Part shown: positions 49,290 through 62,748 of the stretch, in pieces
How positions within the stretch are numbered: position 1 is the first letter of the stretch
How the letters are laid out: each line of letters starts with the position of its first letter
Assembly: GCA_043228905.1 (NCBI GenBank)
Contig: JBHGNT010000008.1
Location: 6,262,001 to 6,326,000 of the forward strand
Origin: Azolla caroliniana
Taxonomy: Eukaryota > Plantae > Polypodiophyta
Direction: 5' to 3'
DNA length: 64,000 nucleotides
Notes under the pieces: model-generated
Database searches by the model: none
Told to the model about the DNA's origin: nothing
What the model saw: only the letters and a program-made list of their open reading frames with translations
Made by a program: the position numbers and the translations under genes

Positions 49290-52200
49290 AACACCTTTGC
49301 ATTCACAAGTGGAAGGATTGCGCATTCCACTTATAGATTCCTTTTATAATCTTGCGATTTTAGACAATTTCCAAAAACTTGATACACTAGTATCACATGT
49401 TTTAAATAGCATGTAAATTTTGCTAATTTTTTGAGATTTAACAAATTTCTAAATGATAATTTCTAAAATTGAATAGTTTAGGGATAATGTTTAAATGTTG
49501 ATGGTTTGCAGATATGAAATGTAGTTAACTTAAAGAAAATCACAATTATGGTCAACTCAAGGCACAAGTTAAGATTAATGGTTTCACCGTCTTGAGAAGA
49601 TTAAGGTTACATCTATTGTTAGACTTGAAAATGTTTTAAGTATAAAAGGTAATATTGCAATCCTTAATGTCATCATCTATAAATTAGTGCTCATTAACAT
49701 CCATAAATTCACAACTCAAGAAATGTAGACAATATTCATAAACAATTTTGATAAATCCACAACTCCTAAAATGTAGACGATATTCATAAATTGTCAAACT
49801 TTAGATGTGAACATTAATATATCAATTTGAACATAACACATAGTTATCAAGGTATCTACAATGTTATAATCTCCTTCCTTATAAGAATTCCCCTTCAAAA
49901 TTTGTGAAGTAAATGGCATTTGCAAAGTTCAATTACCATCAACACAATTATTAATGGTTTTCTTCTAATAAATGAAGCACATATTTACCATAAGGTATCT
50001 TGTTGTGCAACATACATCTTTAAAAACCTCTTTTATTTGAAAAACAACAAGAGTTTTAAACATGAACACGATATGTTGTATTGAATTGATGTAAAAAATA
50101 GAGTTTTCATCATAACTCTATACAATATATTAAATTCATGTTCAAAGTTTTTTTACCGGATTTAAATAATAATAATAATAATAAATTAAGCTTGAGTTCA
50201 TAGAAAAACCAGATTTTTCATCACAATTCAATACAATGTATCGAGTTCATGTTTAAAGTAATTTTTTCTAATTAAAAAAAAAAACATTTTCAATTTGTTT
50301 CAATTTTTTTTATTTTTTTTCAAATTTTTTCTTTTTGTTTCTTTTAATTTCTTCTTCTTTTTTTTTTTTTTTTTATGGAAAAAATAATAATTTTAAACAT
50401 GAACTTGATACATTGTATCGACTTGTGATAAAAACTCAGGTTTTTTCATCACTTATTAAAGCTCAAAAACAAAATTCTAAGACAGAGACGAAATTAGTAC
50501 TAAGAGAGAAATATTAGTACTAAGAAGAATTTAAGGTGTAGAACACTTGAGAAAAGAAGAGAGAGAGAGAGTGAGAGAGAGAGAGGGACTGAGAGGGAAT
50601 GATGATGATATGAGTTAATCTACGACGTATCGAGTTCATGTTGAAAGTGTTATTTCCGATTTATTTTTTTTAAATAATTACATTTTTTCCTATTTTATTT
50701 TGATATTTTGTTTTTTTCTCTAAAAAGCTTTGAGCTTTAATAAGTGAGGAAAATAATATTTTATGTATTACAATGTATCGTCTAATGGTCAAGAGCTTGA
50801 CCCGTGTAGCATAATGTCATGGGTTCAAGTCCTACATATCACGACATGAACTAAGTTAACTTTTTTACATGAACTCGATACGGCGTATCGAATTCATGTT
50901 TAAAGTCTAACTTTTTTACATGAACTTGATACGGCGTATCGAGTTCATGTTTAAAGTTTTATTTCCAATTTATTTTTTTAAATAATTACATTTTTCCTAT
51001 TTTATTTTGATATTTTGTTTTTTTTTCTAAAAAACTTTAAGATTTAATAAGTGATGAAAATAGTATTTTATGTATTACAATGTATGGTCTAATGGTTAAG
51101 AGCTCCACCCATGTAGCACAAGGTCAAGGGTTTGAGTCCTAGCATATCATATCATCAACTAAGCTAACATTTTTACATGAACTCGATACCCCTTTTCAAC
51201 ATGAACTCGATACGCCGTATCGAGTTCATGTTGAAAATCTAACTTTTTTACATGAACTCGATACGGCGTATCGAGTTCATGTTTAAAGTTTTATTTCGGA
51301 TTTTTTTTTAAAAATAATTACATTTTTTCCTATTTTATTATGGTGTTTTGTTTGTTTTCTAAAAACAAATTGAGCTTTAATAAGTGATAAAAATAATAGT
51401 TTATGTATTACAATGTATGGTCTAATGGTCAACAGCCCCACCCATGTAGCAGAAGGTCATGGGTTCGAGTCCTACTATATCATGTCATGAACTAAGCTAA
51501 CTTTTTTACATGAACTCGATACCCCTTTTAAACATGAACTTGATACGCCGTATCGAGTTCATGTTGAAAAGCTAACTTTTTTACATGAACTCGATACGGC
51601 GTATCGAGTTCATATTTAAAGTTTTATTTCAGATTTTTTTTTAAAAATAATTACATTTTTTCCTATTTTATTATGGTGTTTTGTTTTTTTTCTAAAAAAA
51701 AATTAAGCTTTAATAAGTGATAAAAATAATAATATATGTATTACAATGCATGGTCTAATGGTCAAGAGCTCTACCCATGTAGTAGAAGGTCATGGGTTTG
51801 AGTCCTACCATATCATGACATATAAAAAAGTTAGCTTTTTTACAAGAACTCGATACTAACTTTTTTACATGAACCCGACACGGTGTATCGAGTTCATGTT
51901 TAAAGTTTTATTTCGGATTTTTTTTTTAAATTAATTACATTTTTTCCTATTTTATTATGGTGTTTTGTTTTTTTTCTAAAAAAAAATTAAGCTTTAAGAA
52001 GTGATAAAAATAATATTTTATGTATTACAATGTATGGTTTAATGGTCAAGAGCTTGACTCATGTAACATAAGGTCATGGGTTTGAGTCCTACCATATCAT
52101 GACATGAAAAGTTTAATTTTGGATTTTTTTTAAAAAATAATTACATTTTTTTCTATTTTATTTTGGTACTTTGTTTTTTTTTTCTAAAACAAAATTGAGC

Positions 52201-53638
52201 TTTAATAAGTGATGAAAAAACCAGAGCTTTTATCACAAGTTGATACAATGTATCAAATTGATGTTTAAAAAATAAAACAAAATCAATAAAAAACTATAAA
52301 AAATTGAAACAAATTGAAACAAAATTGAAAACAATTAGAAAAAATTACTTTAAGCATGAACTCAATACATTATATCGAATTGTGATGAAAATTATGGTTT
52401 TCTAGATGAGTTCAAGCACAATTTATTATTATTATTATTTTTTAAATCTAGTAAAAAAAACTTTGAGCAAGAATTCAATACATTGTATGGAATTATGATG
52501 AAAACTCTATTTTTTACATCAACTCGATATAACATATCCACTTAATGTTTAAAATCTTGTTGTTTTTCAGATAAAAGAGGTTTTTTAAACATGAACTTGA
52601 ATCGTACTAAAATCTTTGTTTTTACAAGAGAAAAAGATGCATATCGATAGTGCAAACAAGTATGTTGTACAATAAGATACTTTATAGTAAACATGTGCAT
52701 CATTGATTAACAAAAAACTATTAATAATTGTGTTGATGGTAATTGAACCTTGCAAATGCCATTTACACGGTCCATAAAGTGTTCGTGTGGTTCTCAATCA
52801 CTACTTAATGTTGATCTTTATAGTTGGAACGAATGATGACAACACAAGCATAACTCAGGTGACAAGGAAACTTGCAAGAAGTCAAGGTGGGGATATTAAT
52901 AGCTACACATGTAGATGGCCATGACCTAGGGTACCAATTCTGCATTGGTAAAGTTTTGGACGTGATGATGCATAAAACCTTTGTAATACATCTATCATTG
53001 ACATTAATGAGGTGGATATCATTATGTATGACTTTACACAAATAAAAGTTGGATGTATAAGGACAACAACGATATGCATAATAAAAGAGATATTAGCAAG
53101 TCTAGAAGATATCTCAGATTGAAGACGAAGAAGATTTATTGCACAAAATTTGGAGATACCATTTGGTGAAGACAATGATTTGATTGGTACATTAGAAGAT
53201 GAGGAGGAAGAGTCACAATTGTATATTATCTATAGTAGTGATTCTCATGAAAAGAATGATGATAGTCATGTAGATAACTCCCAAATGTATTTGTTGTGCA
53301 ACTATATGTAACAAATTTAGACAACATTTTATCTAATGGAATAAAAACGTTCATTGTTTTGAAATATTCTACTTTGATTTCTTTAAGATCTAAAAACTTA
53401 TTAGTTGTCATTTTTCTTTAAAAATCCACAAAGTTACTTTTCATATTTTACCCAAAGTTGGCATTTTTCAATTTTACCAAATGGTGAAAATTTCAACTTT
53501 TTCATCAAGTTTTGGAGAACATGTGATACTAGTATCAAGATGTTTTGTGAAATGGCAAAAAAACCCCCAAAATCAAACAGAATATTCCTTATCCTTCCAC
53601 TTGTGCGCGATCCTTCCACTTGTGAACGCAAACGTGTT
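49290..53638. mobile_element. Non-autonomous TIR / foldback DNA transposon of unassigned superfamily, inserted in the G2 integrase
   Basis: ~35-bp TIRs AACAC(C/G)TTTGC(A/G)TTCACAAGTGGAAGGAT(T/C)GCGCA. ATAA duplicated at 49286-49289 and 53639-53642, and removal restores QQLAYQFVVE. Internal long inverted repeat ~49909-50460 / ~52190-52766. Confidence 0.88.
50620..52200 (+). repeat. Tandem array of 5 units (284-333 bp), each with a tRNA-like LTR-end module and palindromes
   Basis: TGTATTACAATG...GTCTAATGG...GGTTYRAGTCC...ATCATGACA-like modules start at 50764, 51071, 51404, 51737 and 52021. CATGAACTCGATACG-N-CGTATCGAGTTCATG palindromes lie between them. Confidence 0.9.
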
Positions 53639-56600
53639 ATAAGCCAATTGTTGAGCAATTACCGTGGTTTTGGTAGGAATAAATCTAGCCAATTTTGTTA
53701 GTCTGTCAACGACAACCCAAATGGCATCATGACCCCTCTGTGTACGAGGTAAACTAACAATAAAATCCATCGAGATACTTTCCCATTTGTTGTTGGGAAT
53801 ATCTAAGGGATGTAAAAGACCAACAGCTTTAAGTTGTTTTGACTTATTAATCTGACATTGGAAGCATTGAGTTACATATTTATGCACGTCAGAGTGCATC
53901 TTAGGCCAAAAAAAAGTACTCAAGATGAGAACGAGTGTGCGTTGTATTCCAGGATGACCAGCAGATGGTAAATCTAGAACACAGACCTTTCCACTATGGT
54001 AGAGCAAACAATTTGTAATGTGAAAGGTCGCCTTCGAGGGTAGGGTGCTAGTATCAGCATCTAAACCAGATTCGGCTTTTGTCCAGTATTTCGAAAAATA
54101 ATAGTCATCAAGGTATTTCCCTCAAAGGTGATCTAAAAGATCAAATTTTATTTTCGTGAAGTGAAGCATGTTAACTTCTTTAATGTGACTAAGAGCATCC
54201 GCAATAGTGTTCATTGAACCCTTGCGATACCATATGGAAAAATCAAAATCTTGCATAAGGTCAGCCCAACGGCCTTTACGACCCACAAGATCTAGTTGGT
54301 CACAAAAATACTTCAATGATTGATGGTCTATTGTAACCACAAATTTATTTCCATAGAGATAGTGCCTCCATGTTTTAAGTGCATGTATTACCGCAAACAA
54401 CTCTTTCTCTTGAACTAAATACTGAGATTGAGCAGCACCAAGCTTCTTACTTTCAAAACCAATTGGGTGACCGCCTTGATAAAGAATGGCACCAATAGCA
54501 TAATCACTAGCATAGGTTTCGATTAGAGGGGTCCAGTAATAGAAGAGTGGGAGCCAGACACACATGCTCTTTGAGTGTCTCAAATGATTTGTCAAGTTGT
54601 TAATTCCATGCAATTGGTTTGACAGACTTACATGGATGACCTTTTAAAAGGTCAGTTAATGGCATAGTCAATTTGGAATAGTTACGAATTGATTTTCGTA
54701 AAAATCTAACAAACCCTAAGAATGATCGCAAATCACGAATATTACGAGGAATGGGCCAAAGTTTAACCTTTTCAATACGAGAAGGTTCAATTTCAACACC
54801 ATTTTCGGTAATTAAATGACCTAGGTACACAATAGATTTTTGGAAAAAATCACATTTTGAATGTTTTGCATAGAAAGAGTTGTTACGCAACTTTTGCAAA
54901 ACAAATCGAACATGTTGAACATGATCTTGCAAGGTACGAATATATATATTAAAATATCATCCAAGAAGATGACAACAAAATCACCAAGTTGATCTCGAAA
55001 AACGTCATTCATCGCTTGTTGGAATGTGGCTGAAGCATTAGTCAACCCGAAAGGCATGACTAAAAACTCATAATGGCCATAACGCGTACGAAAAGCGGTT
55101 TTAGGAATATCATCATCGGCAATGCGAATCTGATGATAACCTATCCGTAAGTCAATTTTCGTAAAATACTGGGCCCCATGCAAATGATCAATCAAATCAT
55201 CGGCACGAGGTAACGGATATGAATTTTTAATTGTCATTTTATTCAAACGGCGATAATTGATACACATTCTCCATGAACCTTCATTCTTCTTAACTAATAG
55301 AACTGGCGCACCCCAAGGTGATTTACTATCCCTAATGTGGCCCATACTCAAGTATTCCTTTAGTTGTTTAGCGATCTCATCCTCTTCTAATCAACTAAGT
55401 CGGTAAGGTGGAATGCTCACAGGAGCAGCACCAGGAATGAGTTCAATTTAATGGTCCACATTACGTTTTGGTGGTAAAGTAAGTGGCAATTCGTTAGGAA
55501 ACACGTCTTGAAAATCATCTAAAATAGAGTAGATTAATCGGTGTTCATAATGTGGTAATTGTGTGGCATCAATATGAAAATAATAAAATTGAAGCGCAAG
55601 ATCAATTACACACGAATAAATTAATGAACTTGAATACTCACTTAAAGATTTAGAAGACACAAGTGAACGAGAAGGAAGTTTGGAACATTGAATAAAATGT
55701 TTACAATTATTAAGTTCAAACGTGATTGAGTGATTAACCCAATCAATGGACAAAGAAGGGTTTTTATTAAAAAACCAAGGGTATCCTAAAATGACATATG
55801 TGGATTGTAGTTTCATAACATGAAAGTCAAGCTTCCCCAAATAGGTATCTATTTGAATTGACAATTGGCAAACAATGCGACTGATGTATTGAACACTTCC
55901 ATTTGCCCTGTGAACTTGATAGATATGATCACTTGCGTTTATGTAGAGCTTCATTTGTTGCACAAAGTGATCATTAAGAAAATTGTGAGCTTGTGTTCCA
56001 TTGATATACCTGACTGCTCGGAGTAAATCATTAGGTCCAAGTAAATGTGAAGGAAAAGTGCATTCACATGAACTTAAGTGGTTGGTATAACTTTAACAAC
56101 ATCAAAAGACTCACCTGTGTGACTCGTAGATTTGTCTTGAGGAGGGGTGTTCATTGACTTCCTCTCAAGACAACGACAATTATCCTTTGTGTGGCCCCGT
56201 TTCTTGCAATATGCACAGAAGAGGTTAGGTTTCTTGGAGTCGTGGTCAAGAGTGTCATTGGATTGCTTACATTTCCCAATGAACTTGACATTCAGAGTTT
56301 TGGCGAACTCGGGTTTATTGTGGTCTTTCTTGGAAGTCCTATGGTACCGAAGTACAATGTTGACAACTTCCTCAAAAGTTGTGGGGTCCTTGTCACGGAC
56401 AATCCAATGGTAATCCCCATTAGGAATACCATTCAAAAAGCAAGAAACAAACCATTTCTCACATGTAAGTCCCAATTTTTGGATCTGGGTCTGAGCATAA
56501 TGCACATAATCCATGAAATTGTTACTTAAAAACATCCATGAAACCTTGCCAAGTTGTGGGTAAGTTCTTTGTAGTCTTTAGGTTGCACCACCAAGCAGCA

Positions 56601-57959
56601 ACTCGGCCACCTAACTCACGACCGACGTAAACAATTTTTACAGCATTGGGCTTGGGGTGGAGCTCAAAGTGAGACTCCCAACGACCAAGCCAAGTGCTAA
56701 TGGCCTCCTCGGTTCTTTCTTTCTTATCTCCCTTGAATGGCGTTACTATGAAAGAAGGCTCACCTTCTTTCTTGGACTCAATAGTCAATTCTTGGAATTT
56801 CTTTTCCAATGCCATATTGGCTTGCCTCATTTCGTCCAATTGATTCAAGGTAGTAGTGAGCAATTGCTCAATAGTGATCTCAGCTTGTGTGCGAGATGCG
56901 GATTGGAGTTGAGAGGTCTCGGTTGGAGAGATTGCTCCAACATCATTCAAAACTTGTTCCATGATGCAAGTTGTGGGTATGCAATATAAATAAGGAGGTT
57001 CAAAAAGTACACAAGCAAAATGAATGCTTGAAATTTTGATTGTAAGAACTTTACCAAGAAAGCATCTCATGTCTTTACCCCTCTAAACATATGAGATGTG
57101 ATTCGAGATCCGATAACTATGGTAACACTATGGTGTTTTTAAAACCATGGGGGAAAACATAGCCAAGATCTCTTTCTCGGATCTCTATCTTGAATAATCA
57201 TGGTGGCTCCCTGAGGCTCAACCATGGTTCTAACATCAACGTAGTTGCCTAGTTAGCCTTATATTAGAATGCCAACCCAACATGTATTGATATGGTCGAG
57301 AAAGTGTATTACGTGAAAAAACAAGTGCACTCGCAAGTAATATTCTAGTCTTGCAAGTAACAAGCAAATGTTATGACAAAAACGATAAAATAAGGCACTA
57401 CCCATAAGAATCAAGCAGTGATGAAAACAAGGGTCAAAAAACCGATGTGTTACCTACTAAAAAAAATGTCACAAAGAAATGGATGGTGCGAGGTATGCAC
57501 ATATACATCCCAATATGGTGATTGTAATTTGCACAATTGTGACATAAGCCACAAATTGATACAAGTGGCGGTGGTGTTGTGCATAAAGATGTAGAACTCA
57601 AATCTATGAGTAAAACATCAATAGGGGAACTCATGTGGTTTTACTCGAGTTCCAAGGCTCGATAATATGAGTTAAACCTAGATGAGCCGTTGGAAGAAAT
57701 CGTTCAAAAAACAGCATGATGCCCACTCAATATTAAAAAATAGTCTATATGAATCGTTATACCATTAAATGTACGTAAATAGTGTAGATGAACTTAAAAT
57801 AAGGCAAGAAAGAGAGTTAATTGTGGGTGGGTAAATGACAATTACTAGAAAATCATACAAAAAGGAAACAAAAATTTGTGTAATTAGAAATTAATTCGAA
57901 TAATAATCAATTAGGTGTATGAATCATTAAGCATGCCTTAAGGTATGAAACCCTAAGGT

Positions 57960-58405
57960 AGTCGATATGCACCTCCTCAAGACCATCACATCTCCCTAGA
58001 ATCGGCCAATTGATGGTTCAATAAAGAGTAAAGTGCCATAGGTAAGCGACATATACCTCGTTAAGGCCACAACATCCCATAGAATCGGCCAAGTGATGGC
58101 TCAATAGAGAGTAGAGTGGCATAGGTAGGCGACATACACCTCGTCAAGACCACAACATCCCATAGAATCAGCCAAGTGATGGCTCAATAAAGGGAAGAGT
58201 GGCATACTCAACATCATATGCAAAAGGGCCATGAGGTGAGTGTGTGTGATTAGGGCAAACACGCTCGACCCGATGCACAAGAATAATTATTATCGTTAGA
58301 GATGGCTCAAGAGAGGGGAGAGTGGGAGATACACCGCAATATGTGAAAGGGCCATGAGTTGAGTGTGTGCGATTAGTGCAAACACGCTCGACCCAATGCA
58401 TAAGT
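57960..58405. repeat. Tandem repeats (~82-bp and ~120-bp units) in the G2 5' leader
   Basis: GAATC(G/A)GCCAA(G/T)TGATGG(C/T)TCAATA occurs three times, and AAAGGGCCATGAG...GCAAACACGCTCGACCC twice. Confidence 0.8.
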
Positions 58406-61400
58406 AGATTAACATCGTATGATGGTAGAAAAAAGAAAGAAAAGAAAAGAAAACGTAATACCCTTTCAATATGACCAAGAAGAAAGCATCATAGAAAAGA
58501 AAAGAGAGATCGAGAAAGAAGAATGTTGGGTTAAGAATGTTGTTTTGATCTTGTGAAGAGCACGATGTCGAGGTGTTTGTGATTCGTGTGGCGAAGTCGC
58601 GGGGACTAAGGTTAAAGGGAGTCAGCTATATATTTTATAAGGCTTTGTGCATCAATGTTAGGAAGATTAAGGATAGGAAGAAGAAGAGTTAAAAGTATTG
58701 CGTGACAAAGAGAGAAGCGTAGATAAGAGACAGAGACAATATATGACTTAAGAAGCAAGAGTATATGATATGAACATGAGTTATATTAAGAATGTAAGAT
58801 TTTACCACAAAGATTGAAGGATAACAAGAATAAAAAATGAAAGTAATGTACGAGAGAGAGACGAGCAAGGATGAGAGATAGAAACAATGTATGATTGAAG
58901 AGATAAGAAAATATGATGAGAAATATGTATTATATTAAAAACTCAGGATTTTACCAAAGTTACAATGTCGATCACAAGATTGTGACTTTTGTTTCGTTGA
59001 ATTATGGATTTGAACCTTTGACTCCTACTTCGAAACACGAGCCTCTTCACCATATGAACTAGCTTCTTTTCTTCTTATTTGATTTCTTATTTTCCTCCTA
59101 ATTCCCCTTTTGTTTTCCTTTCCCCTCTTTTTATAAGTATTGCCATGCATATGGTAATGTGTAGGAGCATGGCATGCATGTAATGCATGAGTTACATGTG
59201 ATGCATGATCGCCATTTGGCGCACATGCATTGCATGTGATGCATGATAGCCATCATGCTCATTTGAACTCCCATGTATGAAAATATATATGTGATAAGTG
59301 TAATGATGGATATAATCATAAAACAAATAACCTAGCTTAGTGGTGTATGCTTTGTGCTTGATATACAAGGTTGAGGGTTCAAGTCCCTCAATTTTACTTA
59401 ATACAATATTTAAGTTTATTCTTATATAGTGAAGCACATTCTTGATAACATTTCTAAAAACAAATAGCCTACCCTAGTGGTATATACATTGCGCTTGGTT
59501 TATAAGGTTGTGGGTTCAAGTGTTTGAAATATTATTGAATTCAATATTTAAATTTATTTTTATATTGTGAAGCAAATCCTTCATGACAACGACGAGCCTT
59601 GTTAGATCCCCATCGCTCACACGCAAAAAATATCAAAACAACAAAAAAAATTGTTAGTAAATGCTCTGATACCATTGTTAAAAGTCTATTACTAATCAAT
59701 AGACCAAAGTAAAGTAAAAGAAGGAAAATAGAATAGATAGAAGAACCCGTTCCACCCGACCACCCCCGAGCTATGATCTAGACATAGCCAACCTACCACC
59801 GACGTCCCATACCGCCGGATATTAGGATGACTAATACCTTGGAGGAGATAAACACGATCGTCGAGATGAAAGCCTAGCCCGCACCACTGGTGTCTAAGAC
59901 AACAACCTTCCGACATAATGCAATTATGAGGGTAGCTAAGCCTCATATTTATACCTTTTCCTAGGCCCCTTGAATAGATGTGCCTTTCTAAAAGGCTCTC
60001 CATTCATTGGTTGTCCAAATCATGATAGTGCATGCACTTATCATTCCTTCTATCCAATCATTAGTCCCCTTTTTAACATTAGTGAACATACCCTTCACTA
60101 ATGTAAATATTGGTGACCTACCCTCACCAAAATTATGTGTACATAACATGGACTATGTATGATATTGAATGAGATGACACAAGCTAAATCACTGAGAACT
60201 ACACGAATTGATTCAGACTCTTCAGTTATATCTCTAGGGGCAATGGGTCGACCATCTATGACTGTGACAGATACTGAAGTGGTTCTACATTAGTACTACA
60301 CAATGTCCGACATGTACCTGAGCTCTCAAGACCTTTGCTCTTAGTTGGACAATTGGATGAAGATGGCATCCGTGTCGGCTTCTCATCAGGAGGGTGGACA
60401 CTCCACAAGGGGAACCTCCTCCTTGCTCGGGACCGAAAATACATTCTTTGTACCCGTTGTACGTCACACTTAGAGAGGGTGACTTGTTCCTGGTTGATAT
60501 TCACGTGTCATCTCTATGGCATGGATGACTCGGACACCTCAACAAGGCCAGCATAACGCATCTATCTAGAGTTGGATACATCCCCAAACTCTCCTTCTCG
60601 GATCACTAGTTCTGCGAGCATTATTAGTATGGCAAGTAGGTCGGAACCTCACACTGACAACATCACCAAGAGAATCAAGTCCACTTGATTTAGTCCATTC
60701 AGACGTCTACGGCCCGATGCCACATCAGTCCCTTGGTGGCGCCTCCTACTTCGTTAGTTTCATTGACGACTCGACCAGGAAGTGTGGGCTTACCGAGCAA
60801 GAACCAAAGATCTTCCTGGAATGGCTTGCTATGGTAGAGAACTAGTCCAGTCGAAAGTTGAAATGACTTTGAACTAACAACAGGGGAGAGTTCAAGTTTG
60901 AAGAATTCGTCAAATTTTGTTGACAGCGCAACATTCGACATAAATATATGGCACCCTATAGTCTGGAGCATATTGGAATTGTCGAATGAATGAATCAGAC
61001 AATTTAGGAACACGTAGTATCGTGCTCCAATACTCTTGACTATCGGATGGCTTCTAGGCAGAGGCCATACTTATGATAGTACACATAATTAACATGTCGC
61101 TGAGTAGGCCTCTATGACTTCAAGTACCTCAAGAATTATGGATCTGCAGGAAGCCGAATTATGACAAGCAGAGGAATTTCGAATGTGAGGCATACGCCCT
61201 CATACCAAAAGAGGACCACCGCAAATTAGAACTGAGGTGTAAGAAATGTATTTTCCTTGGCTATGGACCAGACGACAAGATCGAATGCCAACTCTAGGAC
61301 CCCGATCAGAGACAGATCATCCAAAGTTCGGATGTAGTGTTCAAGGGGTCGGCTATGGACAAGACGGTCGAAAAGCCTATTGAAGTCAAAAGGGTAACCT

Positions 61401-62393
61401 TCTCAAATGTGTCAACCCTTCATAATGGCCCAACCTAGAACACAAGGTCTTCTTTACAGGTAGTCGGCACCTCTTGCACCAATTCGGCTTTGGACCATCC
61501 GAGTCTGACACCTGATGCGACTAGTCCAGTCATACCTCGAAGATTCGAGAGATTGTCGCAACCCCCGAAGAGGTACTCTCCTAGAGTCTTCTTCACAGAC
61601 GTCAGCAAACCGACGTCATACGAAGAAGCATCGGCATTAGCCGATTTGGTCACATGGCATCTAGCAATGGAGTAAAAAATGGACTCCATTCAGACAAACA
61701 AGACTTGGAACTTGGTCGAACTACTGAAAAGTCAACGTGCTCTTCAATGTAAGTGGGTCTACAAATTAAAAGAGACTTCCAATTCGAGCACCCCAAAATT
61801 CAAGGTCAGACTAGTAGCAAAGGTTTTCCGACAGGAACATGGCGTCGACTTCGACAAAATCTTTTCACTAGTGGTGAAAATGACCACCCTCCGATTCATA
61901 CTTGCAATAGTGGCAATCGAAGACTTGGAGCTGATTTAGCTAGATGTCAAAACAACCTCCCTCCATGGTTACTTAGAGGAGGGAATTTATATGGAGCAAC
62001 CGAAAGGCTTTGTGGCATTTGGCCAAGTTCATCTAGTCTCCCGACTCAACAAGAGTTTATACGGCCTAAACCAGGCACCGAGACAGTGCTATAAGAAGTT
62101 TGACGACTTCATCCAATCAACCGGCTTCTCCAAGAGCGATGAAGACCACTGCCTCTTCAACAAAACAGCTCGAGATGGGTCTCCCATCGTCCTCATCGTC
62201 TACATGGACAACATGCTACTCTCCGGTTGGCACACCAGAGAGCTCGCTGAACTTGTTTGACAACTATGGTTGAAGTTTACCATGAAGGATGTTGGTCCGA
62301 CAAGACACATTCTCGGGATGAAGATATGTCAAAATCAAAATCGATGACAGATGTTTCTGTCTCAATCTGACTATATTGAACGTGTCTTAGAAC

Positions 62394-62748
62394 CATTGTT
62401 GTAAAATATTTAGCATAAAATACGCGTACAATACGTATTCTAAGTATTCTACAAGTATTCTAACTTCTTTTTTTAAAATACTTAGAATACATATTTTATC
62501 TATAAAGTACGTTAAATATGTTAAATACTTAGAATACGTTTAGAATAGGTAGAATACATGTAGAATACTTCTTAAATTTAAAAGTTTTTTTTTTTCAAAA
62601 AACAGAAAATATTTTTTGAAATGATAAATGCTTGTTAAATACGTAGAATACGTCAAATTTTAAAAAATGGCAATTCTAAAACGCAGAATATGTGTAGAAT
62701 ACTTCAGAGTATTCTAAAACGTAGAATACACGTTTTTTAACAACTATG
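62394..62748. mobile_element. hAT-type MITE
   Basis: 8-bp TSD CTTAGAAC/CTTAGAAT, TIR CATTGTTGT / ACAACTATG, dense AGAATAC(GT) subterminal repeats. Confidence 0.85.

Larger units (their letters stand above)
47887..60148 (-). mobile_element. Chromovirus G2 (Gypsy, tRNA-iMet primed), full length but degenerate
   Basis: LTRs 47887-48348 and 59676-60148. TSD AGGAC/TGGAC with one mismatch. PBS at 59663-59674. PPT GAAGTAGGGGAG. gag 56074-57070, PR, RT (FLDD), RH, IN and a C-terminal chromodomain (PERILD...IKW...DATWE). Confidence 0.93.

Noticed and set aside
50620-52200. CRISPR-like array of palindromic repeats
   Set aside because: The intervening sequences are themselves repeated rather than unique spacers, the periods are ~300 bp, there are no cas genes, and the context is a eukaryotic transposon.
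47839-60269. Small (~165 bp) TG...CA insertion (47839-47886 plus 60154-60269) that G2 appears to have landed in
   Set aside because: It interrupts Copia E coding sequence, but no TSD or second copy was found, so it could not be classified.
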